DNA of 64,000 nucleotides from a virus. Positions 56,929 to 64,000 of the stretch are shown in pieces (the first letter of the stretch is position 1; each line of letters begins with the position of its first letter). A model generated the notes under the pieces. That model was given only the letters and a program-made list of their open reading frames with translations. It did not search any database and was not told where the DNA came from. Where the stretch lies: the IMG/VR virus record IMGVR_UViG_3300009506_000012, positions 18,164 to 82,163 of that record; one strand, written 5' to 3'. Made by a program: the position numbers and the translations under genes.

Positions 56929-57492
56929 TTAGATGTCCAAGATATTTTTGACAATACGATAGCCGATAGAAGATGGTTCAACATAATCCGGGATTGCCCA
57001 ATTTTCTGTCAGCAATAGTATCTTGATTACAGTTCCATTATGCAATACCAGTTCAGTGTTTGATGGATTACTACGTTTGGCATCCATGTCACCAATGAAA
57101 AGGTCAGACAGATGAATATAAATTGCCGACTTCAGGTGTTCAATTACAGAGTCAACCAGTATGAAGATGTAACTATATTTCTCTACAGCTCTACGCATAT
57201 TAACGGCAAATGGTTTAGCACTGATATTGACCAGGCTTTCCTCGATCGTCAGCGCCGGCGCACTCTCGCTATGCAAGTGACCATTTTCAATAAGCCATTG
57301 TCTTGCCGTCAATCTGTTTTCAAGTGGCAGCTTACTACACAACATGATCTCTCTCTTGAATTCAACCAAGGCAACTTCTTCAGAAACGACTTCTCCGTTC
57401 ATGTTCTTTCGGAATTTCCATTCATCGAAGTCATCGATCAGTAACGTGGTTTCCAGTGGGAGCGGTGAATTTCTAACGATTTTCCTATTCAT
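56929..57492 (-). CDS. hypothetical protein
   Basis: 187 aa, coupled to its neighbours. Confidence 0.6.
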   Translation of the reverse strand: MNRKIVRNSPLPLETTLLIDDFDEWKFRKNMNGEVVSEEVALVEFKREIMLCSKLPLENRLTARQWLIENGHLHSESAPALTIEESLVNISAKPFAVNMRRAVEKYSYIFILVDSVIEHLKSAIYIHLSDLFIGDMDAKRSNPSNTELVLHNGTVIKILLLTENWAIPDYVEPSSIGYRIVKNILDI

Positions 57493-57860
57493 GTGTATAA
57501 AACCTTTCTCAGTTCATCTGTAAAATGCTTCAGGAAAACAAGATACTTCTGCGAAAGTGTTTCTCTATCACTGACAGCAATCCAAAGATCGGAGTTTTCT
57601 TGATATGGGAAACCTGGTTCAATCCTTACTTTTGTTTTTGTTTCAAGATTATCAGCACTCCATATTGTGATGATGCGTATGGCTTTTGGATAACGATAGG
57701 CACTAATCAAACAATCACCTAGCTCTCTGGAATAAGCCTCACCGATTTGAAGCATACTTACTTGATGGGCTATCCTTTGAATGATTGCATCTGCATCTTC
57801 CTTGGTGAATGTATTGTCAGCAGATATTCTAAGATGTGAGAATTGATTGTCGATTTGCAT
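57489..57860 (-). CDS. hypothetical protein
   Basis: 123 aa. Confidence 0.6.
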   Translation of the reverse strand: MQIDNQFSHLRISADNTFTKEDADAIIQRIAHQVSMLQIGEAYSRELGDCLISAYRYPKAIRIITIWSADNLETKTKVRIEPGFPYQENSDLWIAVSDRETLSQKYLVFLKHFTDELRKVLYT

Positions 57861-58323
57861 AAAGTAACCTGTTCAGTGCAGCGTTTGCCCGGTTGATATC
57901 GAGCATAAATTCCGAGGTGTTCTGTAAATAATCTCCCATCCCAAGCACGAAGTCTCTTACATTATCCACACCTTCATGCTTGATCAGATAGACAAGAGTC
58001 AGTAAACGATTGTCACCACCTTCAGCTCGTTGGTGGCATAACCCCGAATGAACCCAACCGCAATTGGCACGAGTATGTATTGCTAGTTGGGCCTCATCCG
58101 GAAGCGAACGCACGATTTGTCTGGATATAACAATCTCGTGCAGGTCAAATCCTCTATCATTCAGCGGTGTTAGTTTCCAACAATAACAGCATTCAACCCT
58201 TGGGCGGGCCGGATTACTTCTCTCGACTCTGTTCAATAAGGAGTTTCTTAGCTTTTCGCGCTTGCTCCAAAGTTGACTTTGTAAAGTATCCGAGTCTGTG
58301 TACAAGTTCTGGTCCTTTGCCAT
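57829..58323 (-). CDS. HNH-like (beta-beta-alpha metal) nuclease
   Basis: C.YC..DLHEI..N...VH..CH pattern. Confidence 0.6.
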   Translation of the reverse strand: MAKDQNLYTDSDTLQSQLWSKREKLRNSLLNRVERSNPARPRVECCYCWKLTPLNDRGFDLHEIVISRQIVRSLPDEAQLAIHTRANCGWVHSGLCHQRAEGGDNRLLTLVYLIKHEGVDNVRDFVLGMGDYLQNTSEFMLDINRANAALNRLLYANRQSILTS

Positions 58324-58708
58324 TCAGAAAATAATCTATCAGTACACTGTGCATCCAACGGGTAATGCGAGTATCTTTTGAAGATGGGCCATACTCACTC
58401 AGCTCAGAATTCTCGCCAGGAAACCCATCCATCGCATATTCGACCGACCATCCCACTATCAGGGATAAGCACTGGTATCGATCCTGACCTTCCAGGTCCA
58501 TTAGACCAGTGAGATAGCCAACCTGCTTTTGGGTATGTTTATCATTCGCTGTAAACCAGTACCCAGTTGGAGGATTCTCAAAGTTGATCTTCAGGGCTTC
58601 CAGTTCGTTGACTATCCAGGGCAGGTTCTGCGGTTCCGGATTGATCTTCTCCAACAGCTCCAATTGGTAATCGTTCAGTTCTGGTGACTGGTTTATGGGC
58701 ATTGACAT
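58214..58708 (-). CDS. hypothetical protein
   Basis: 164 aa, AAAGGA RBS. Confidence 0.6.
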   Translation of the reverse strand: MSMPINQSPELNDYQLELLEKINPEPQNLPWIVNELEALKINFENPPTGYWFTANDKHTQKQVGYLTGLMDLEGQDRYQCLSLIVGWSVEYAMDGFPGENSELSEYGPSSKDTRITRWMHSVLIDYFLNGKGPELVHRLGYFTKSTLEQARKAKKLLIEQSREK

Positions 58709-58928
58709 AGGCTTTTCCTTTATCAGTGGTCACGAATATACCACCACGGACATTCAGCTTCTCAACATATCCATGTTCTACTAACCAATCTTTTCTCTGA
58801 AGCACAGTAACATGAGATACATTCAGCAATTGTTTTCCGATCTGACGCAACGAACGAGGGATAGGCTTGCTCAACTCTATCAATATGGTCAGATCTCTTT
58901 CGTCTAATTCTTTCTTTTCTCTAGGCAT
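58578..58928 (-). CDS. winged-helix transcription regulator
   Basis: LDERDLTIL..SLRQIGK.LNVSHVTV..R...LVEHGYV..TDKGK. Confidence 0.8.
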   Translation of the reverse strand: MPREKKELDERDLTILIELSKPIPRSLRQIGKQLLNVSHVTVLQRKDWLVEHGYVEKLNVRGGIFVTTDKGKAYVNAHKPVTRTERLPIGAVGEDQSGTAEPALDSQRTGSPEDQL

Positions 58929-58968
58929 TTTTTAGTCCTTTCTTGTTGGTATACTACCATATTGTAGC

Positions 58969-59454
58969 TTATTTTTCATCTAATAACAAAGTTGGTAGGA
59001 TTGAATCTGAAACAAATACTTCAACCTTGACCTTACCGCTACCAACCTCTATGTTTGATAGTAAACCAACCAGTTCTATCACCTTTTCAGATGACAGATT
59101 GGCCACAATAGAACGTGCTGCACTTTCCATATCCTCTTTATGGATAGCGATCCTGGGAGGATAGCTTCTTTTTTTCAATAATCTATCTTTCCAAATATGC
59201 GGAACCTTACCAGTATGGTAAATAGATGACAGTGTTCCACCGGGAATTGGCTCAAAGGTTTTCCACTGTTGTTGGATGTCCGTCCAGGCCAAACCCAGGT
59301 CATCATGCAGTTTTTTTAATTCTTTTTGTACGGCTTTCTCTGAAGCGAACGACCCTTTAGGGATGATTGTATTCTCAAGAGACGATCGCTTCACACGCTC
59401 ATTCTCAGACGTTGTGAGGGGGGTATTTGTCACTTGGTCCTCCATTTCTAGCAA
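58969..59454 (-). CDS. hypothetical protein (possible HTH)
   Basis: LAWTDI...IPGGTLSSIY..G. Confidence 0.55.
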   Translation of the reverse strand: MLEMEDQVTNTPLTTSENERVKRSSLENTIIPKGSFASEKAVQKELKKLHDDLGLAWTDIQQQWKTFEPIPGGTLSSIYHTGKVPHIWKDRLLKKRSYPPRIAIHKEDMESAARSIVANLSSEKVIELVGLLSNIEVGSGKVKVEVFVSDSILPTLLLDEK

Positions 59455-59463
59455 AATCGATTC

Positions 59464-59904
59464 TTATTTTTTCAAAGGAATCATTTTTCCATCTGATATT
59501 GAATAGGAATGCGTCCAATCTCGACTGTTATCAAGCAGTTCCAGAAAGAAATAAATAGTACCCATTCCATTCAAGAGATGTTGATAAGCTATGATCTCTT
59601 TGGTATCCTCAGTTTTCATCAGGTTCTCAGGTTTCCAATAGCCTTTGATGTCAAATTCGTTACCTGCTCCTATGATAAGTACAAAGAAATCTCCACGGTT
59701 GTGTGAGAGTCTATAGGTTTTGCTCTCAACTTTTGAATAAACAACCTGTATTTTATAGTGGTCTTTACTAATCAGAGGAGTATCGGGTAACTCCTCGGGC
59801 ATGGGTGGGTACACATTCAGGGCTTTAGCTACTGCCCAGATAGCAGCTACACCATCCAGATCGCCTATTGCCAGCATTTCACCTACAGTTAGTGTTACTT
59901 TCAT
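59464..59904 (-). CDS. hypothetical protein
   Basis: 146 aa, AAAGGA RBS. Confidence 0.65.
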   Translation of the reverse strand: MKVTLTVGEMLAIGDLDGVAAIWAVAKALNVYPPMPEELPDTPLISKDHYKIQVVYSKVESKTYRLSHNRGDFFVLIIGAGNEFDIKGYWKPENLMKTEDTKEIIAYQHLLNGMGTIYFFLELLDNSRDWTHSYSISDGKMIPLKK

Positions 59905-59916
59905 GTCAGTTTCCTT

Positions 59917-60546
59917 TCAGTTTATGGGAGTCATGGCTTTTTGTTTTTCCAAAAGCTCCATGTAGAGTTTGGCAGCGTATCTGCACATACGATCACAGGC
60001 CACGTTATGAACTGATACGGGATTTCCTCGCTTGCCGATACCGGTTTCAAGTTGCATTTGGTTGGGATGCCCATCCAAATGAGTCTGTTGAATACTTTCC
60101 CAGTTGACCAATCGTGAACGTAAGGCTTCATATCCTTTCATCCACATCTCAGGAATATTGGTCCATTTATATCCCCAAAACAAACGACCCAGGGATACCT
60201 TGCTATCAGAATACACATGTCCGTACCACGTATCAGGCACCCGAGAGAGCGCAAACAACAATGCCGCCATTTCAGTTTGATTGCTGGTTACCAGTCTGCG
60301 GTACTTAGGTTTCACCAAAATATCATCAGTGTCTTTGGGAAGAACATATCCATACAGATCTGTTTTTGTGCCATCTGCATGCAACAATCTGTACGCCCAT
60401 GTCCCCCCTAGGGGGGATGGATTCCTTCCAACTACACCGCCATCAGTGTAGATTGCAGTAATCTTTTTAGGTTCAGGGTTTGGGGGCTGGAATAGGTCCA
60501 CTTTGTGTTCCTTTGTATATGTCACCGAATTTGGCCTGGCTTCCAA
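59917..60546 (-). CDS. rnhA: ribonuclease HI
   Basis: IYTDGG, TSNQTEMAAL, VYSDS, HLDGH, N.ACD: all four catalytic acidic positions present; start uncertain. Confidence 0.88.
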   Translation of the reverse strand: MEARPNSVTYTKEHKVDLFQPPNPEPKKITAIYTDGGVVGRNPSPLGGTWAYRLLHADGTKTDLYGYVLPKDTDDILVKPKYRRLVTSNQTEMAALLFALSRVPDTWYGHVYSDSKVSLGRLFWGYKWTNIPEMWMKGYEALRSRLVNWESIQQTHLDGHPNQMQLETGIGKRGNPVSVHNVACDRMCRYAAKLYMELLEKQKAMTPIN

Positions 60547-61351
60547 AGAATGCCATGGTTGTTGTGTCTAAGCCACCATAACGGGCTTTCCGTATCTTGA
60601 TACGGCGCTGGTCCGGAAGAACATCCCCGGCACCATTATCAATTGTCTGTACTTCTATGATCAGGTCGCCATCTCTGTCTGAGTCTCTCGAATGCAAGAC
60701 CTCATTGATATCATTCAGCTGGGCAGCGGCAATTACACTGACAGGATGAGGAGTGCCGTCTTTATTCTTGAGAATGTTTCCTTTGGCCAGTGCAGCCAGG
60801 TTCTTGCCATAGCGGGCTACATTGTCAGTCATCCCGCGTGGATTATCGACACGTCCTAATTGCAGATAATCCTGTAACAGTACATCCGGAAGCGGGTCAA
60901 GTGCTTGAAGCGTAGCCACAAGATCATCCCAATCGTACAAACCTTCTGACCAATATCCATGGAAGTCTCGCAAATCTCTTGCAGCATCAGAGAGTTTTGG
61001 CCAATCACCAGCCTCAAGGGTTACATCCCTGAAGCGAATTCGGTTGATGTTCCCAATATTGGCCGCTACTTTTTGAGCCAGAATCATCAGGCTTTCTTCC
61101 AATGACACGTATATGAATGGGACTTTCTTGTATCCCAATTCAATAGCGGCAGTATTCAGGAAGCTAGACTTTCCAGAACCAGGCTTGCCATAGATCAGAC
61201 TGTACCAATCTCTACCCCACCCACCTACAAAGCGCATGAACCACGGTGACGGGAACGAGAACCCCCGGTATGCTGCGGGATCATCGTGCATCTTCTTTGT
61301 TGTGCCTTCAAATTCATCTGCTAGGAGTTGACTTGTTACTGTTCTGCTCAT
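60473..61351 (-). CDS. dnaB: DnaB-like replicative helicase (ATPase domain only)
   Basis: GKPGSGKS, VSLEE, QDYLQL, AAQLN, KARYG. Confidence 0.85.
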   Translation of the reverse strand: MSRTVTSQLLADEFEGTTKKMHDDPAAYRGFSFPSPWFMRFVGGWGRDWYSLIYGKPGSGKSSFLNTAAIELGYKKVPFIYVSLEESLMILAQKVAANIGNINRIRFRDVTLEAGDWPKLSDAARDLRDFHGYWSEGLYDWDDLVATLQALDPLPDVLLQDYLQLGRVDNPRGMTDNVARYGKNLAALAKGNILKNKDGTPHPVSVIAAAQLNDINEVLHSRDSDRDGDLIIEVQTIDNGAGDVLPDQRRIKIRKARYGGLDTTTMAFFGSQAKFGDIYKGTQSGPIPAPKP

Positions 61352-62280
61352 TATCTTTTTTCCTGACGCCAGTCTTTACCTGCCATGGCCAGCCATCGGA
61401 CAATTTTTATATCTGTTAAGCGTGAACCTGTGCGAGGTATACCGTTTCTTTGCCAAATCTCTTTTGCCATTTTGAAAGGAAAATTGGTAGAAACTACAGT
61501 GATGAAATCAAAATACCGATTTGCTCTGCCCCGAAATTGAATAATGGAATCTATCTGAGAAGCAATCCATTTGGATCCATACTCCAATCCCAGGTCATCG
61601 ATGATAAGTATCGGATGATGTTTCATAGCAATCAGCATCTTTTGTATCTTTTCATTGTCAGACTTCATAAACGAAAACAGTTTTTCTTCAAGGTCACTTG
61701 CCACTACGTACATAGCCCAGGGATACCAGGCTCTCATCATGGCATTCAGCATATATGTTTTACCAGTGCCAGTCTTGCCACTAATCACCAGCCACTTATC
61801 AGGTCTTTCTATCCAGTTTGAAACAAACCTGAATGTTTCTTCAAATTTTTCCTGTTCTTCTTTGCGTTCTTTTGGAGGCAACTTGATATCAACAACATCA
61901 TGGCTCATATTCTTTAGATGTCTGGGACTCCAATGAGAAGCCCAATCATCATTAGCTTCATCAAAGCCAATAACATTACGTTCCGGACTTCCATAGCGCC
62001 GGCGAAACAACCAGCACAAACAGTAGTAATACCCGAAGTCATCTCTACGTGTCCCACTACCTTTGCAGAAAGCGCATTCAGAATTGTTGTATTTCATCCT
62101 CATGTATTCCATCAACAAAGCCTCAGAGGACATAATGGTTATGCCATAGTCATGCAAGGACTTGCCAATCTCTGGATAATGTTTTCCATGCAGAACATCA
62201 TTCCAGAATAAAAGCGATTCCATTGTAGATGGAGATTCAACATCATCGAGATACAACGATCTAATAATCGGGGAGGTCAT
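61351..62280 (-). CDS. dnaC: DnaC/IstB-like helicase loader
   Basis: CAFCKGSG..CLC zinc site, GKTGTGKT, LIIDDLG.E, STN, R.GSRL; likely start MTSPII at 62280. Confidence 0.85.
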   Translation of the reverse strand: MTSPIIRSLYLDDVESPSTMESLLFWNDVLHGKHYPEIGKSLHDYGITIMSSEALLMEYMRMKYNNSECAFCKGSGTRRDDFGYYYCLCWLFRRRYGSPERNVIGFDEANDDWASHWSPRHLKNMSHDVVDIKLPPKERKEEQEKFEETFRFVSNWIERPDKWLVISGKTGTGKTYMLNAMMRAWYPWAMYVVASDLEEKLFSFMKSDNEKIQKMLIAMKHHPILIIDDLGLEYGSKWIASQIDSIIQFRGRANRYFDFITVVSTNFPFKMAKEIWQRNGIPRTGSRLTDIKIVRWLAMAGKDWRQEKR

Positions 62281-62632
62281 AATACTCACTTGTATCAACT
62301 TCCTGTCTTGCTTTCGGGCTTCCTTTTTTATTGAAAGATGCCAGGTTATCAGGATTTCGAATTGCAGATAGCAGACTGGCAAACTTGATCGCAATAACAC
62401 CCCCCTTGTTCTTGTCTTTTGCCCAGGCTATCTGTACTTTGATATAGTCATCAGGATATTTGCGCTGACCATCAACCATCTTTGACAGAATGGTTTTGGT
62501 TTTCTTGTTTGTTGCTCGAGTAGGATAATATTTCCGACCACAAGCATTCAGCATTTCAGTTTCAATATCAGTTTCCGGATAGCGCCAGGCGTCATCCTCA
62601 AAGGGATCTGCTACATATCTGGGCTCACTCAT
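62261..62632 (-). CDS. putative replication initiator-associated protein
   Basis: Position upstream of dnaC; helical protein. Confidence 0.45.
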   Translation of the reverse strand: MSEPRYVADPFEDDAWRYPETDIETEMLNACGRKYYPTRATNKKTKTILSKMVDGQRKYPDDYIKVQIAWAKDKNKGGVIAIKFASLLSAIRNPDNLASFNKKGSPKARQEVDTSEYYDLPDY

Positions 62633-63121
62633 TTACTTGTACCTCCAACAATCAGGTTCTATAATAATCTCCCTGTTCTTGATACGTTCTTTCTTCGCCT
62701 CTGCCAGTTTTGCTAGATATTGTGCTTTAGAAAGTGTGAAATGCGTGGGGTCACTTGAGCATTTCCATCCAAGTTTCTCGCCGAAGGTTCCATTACGGTT
62801 AGGGTCATACTCAATATCCGCATGGCATATCGGACAATCTTTCGGCCATTGGCTTAGGGCTTTCTTTTCATCAAGATGAAGCCTTATCACATCGAAATAG
62901 GTAAGCCATTCATGCGGATTGAAATTCGAAAACCCAGCAGCTTTTAGAATAGACTTGACCTCATCCTCATCAAGATCGAACACTACCTCCATTCTCTCGA
63001 ACAGTTTTTCATAAGTGTACGGACCAGTTTCTAATGGTTGCGGCACTCTCAGTACCTGGCCACCACCATCGCTTGCTCGTTCTGCTTCAGTAGATTTCCT
63101 TGGTTCATAGTATGTGGTCAT
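62633..63121 (-). CDS. zinc-ribbon protein
   Basis: CPIC..WKC..H; likely start MTTYYE at 63121. Confidence 0.6.
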   Translation of the reverse strand: MTTYYEPRKSTEAERASDGGGQVLRVPQPLETGPYTYEKLFERMEVVFDLDEDEVKSILKAAGFSNFNPHEWLTYFDVIRLHLDEKKALSQWPKDCPICHADIEYDPNRNGTFGEKLGWKCSSDPTHFTLSKAQYLAKLAEAKKERIKNREIIIEPDCWRYK

Positions 63122-63124
63122 AAG

Positions 63125-63153
63125 AAAAAGAGAGGGCATCCCCCTTATGCCCT
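63125..63153 (-). terminator. terminator-like hairpin
   Basis: AGGGCAT/ATGCCCT stem followed by CTCTTTTT on the minus strand. Confidence 0.55.
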
Positions 63154-63165
63154 GTGGGTTTCAGT

Positions 63166-64000
63166 TTATTGGCTTTGTTCAATCATCCATTTTTTGGCAG
63201 CTTCACGAACAGCAGTTTCACCTTGAAGATTGGCCGCGTTGATCTCGTTTGCAATTGCAACTGCTTGACCAGTATCCACTTTCAACTCATCCATAATCCA
63301 CTGTAGGGTATCAGGAGTCTTGCTGGTGTTTCTACCAGTTCGAGCAGGTGGCTGTGTTTGCGCTCCACCTTGTGGAGCCGACTGCGTTTGCTTCTGCGGT
63401 TGCGGAGTATTTGGAGAGGTGGCACTCTTTTGCTGGGTGATAGGAACCTTGGTGGTGGCATCCAGTATCTTGATACCATAAAAGTCCTCAGCATCCGGAC
63501 TGAAAATACCACCAATGCCAGCTGCCATAATGACAGCGCTCACGAAAGCACGTTTCTGTGCCATCTTGTTGACTGTATTGGCCACGTCAGCTGGGTCCGG
63601 GTTCTTGATCTTTCCGACCTGTTGTTCAGTAATGGCCGGATCATCGTGAGCAAACTCCGCACCGCAACCACCCTTATTGGCCCAACAATACCATCCGGGA
63701 GGAGCATTCGGATCGCTACGAGGTGGGTACTTGCTCTTGCGGATTTCAGTAGCACCGCAATTCGGGCAGGTCAGATGACCACCACGATAACGGTACTTTG
63801 TTTCCCAGGAATTGCAGGAACCGATTGCCTCACCAACTACATGACCACCCCAATTGATTCGGCACAGGTATTCATAGAAGAAGAACGGCTCACCATCATG
63901 CTCTTTACCGGTCCAATCCAAAACCATAGTCCTGTAATCTATCGGGAACGTAGGCACAAAACCAAACCAGGTCTTGACCCGTTCAGCTCCGGACTTGAAC
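63166..64000 (-). CDS. ssDNA-annealing / recombination protein-like (5' part outside the window)
   Basis: Frame open to the window edge (FKSGAERVK..); GEAIGSCNSWE and NTVNKMAQKRAFVSAV..FSPDAED motifs; inserted CPNC..C..C ribbon. Confidence 0.6.
   Translation of the reverse strand, partial: FKSGAERVKTWFGFVPTFPIDYRTMVLDWTGKEHDGEPFFFYEYLCRINWGGHVVGEAIGSCNSWETKYRYRGGHLTCPNCGATEIRKSKYPPRSDPNAPPGWYCWANKGGCGAEFAHDDPAITEQQVGKIKNPDPADVANTVNKMAQKRAFVSAVIMAAGIGGIFSPDAEDFYGIKILDATTKVPITQQKSATSPNTPQPQKQTQSAPQGGAQTQPPARTGRNTSKTPDTLQWIMDELKVDTGQAVAIANEINAANLQGETAVREAAKKWMIEQSQ
63362..63378. repeat. palindrome copy 8, GCTCCAC-CTT-GTGGAGC
   Basis: Inside a low-complexity linker-coding region. Confidence 0.8.

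Noticed and set aside
62281-62400. N-terminal 40 aa of track ORF 61351..62400
   Set aside because: Overlaps the upstream gene extensively; the ATG at 62280 is the more plausible start.
1-64000. Integrase/att sites, tRNA genes, small terminase, second (non-virion) RNAP
   Set aside because: No supporting motifs found by eye; they could be diverged or lie outside the window.

Overview
The window is most of a tailed (siphovirus-type) dsDNA phage genome with two arms. A leftward arm (9.3 kb to 1, and 64.0 to 54.4 kb) carries SSB, a DNA methyltransferase, many small ORFs and a recombinase/DnaC/DnaB/RNase H replication block. A rightward arm (9.5-54.3 kb) carries terminase, portal, scaffold, capsid, tail, a glycan-synthesis cluster, tail fibres, an HD-GYP protein and lysis genes. 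I saw no integrase, tRNA or CRISPR array. The standout is the 3011-aa tape-measure protein. Its N-terminal ~1650 aa contain, in order, the motifs of a two-barrel (beta/beta'-like) RNA polymerase, including R-W-P...QGDFDLDYM. This suggests a virion RNA polymerase fused to the tape measure through a Pro/Gln/Thr linker. Other notable signals: six proteins (five of them structural or tail-associated) end in a C-terminal ...GS next to a glycosyl/sulfo/methyltransferase cluster (candidate virion glycosylation system); eight copies of a CTCCAC-N2/3-GTGGAG palindrome; a compositionally odd putative early region; and RNA-structure controls on late genes. All protein assignments come from motif reading by eye, not database searches. 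The host is unknown.
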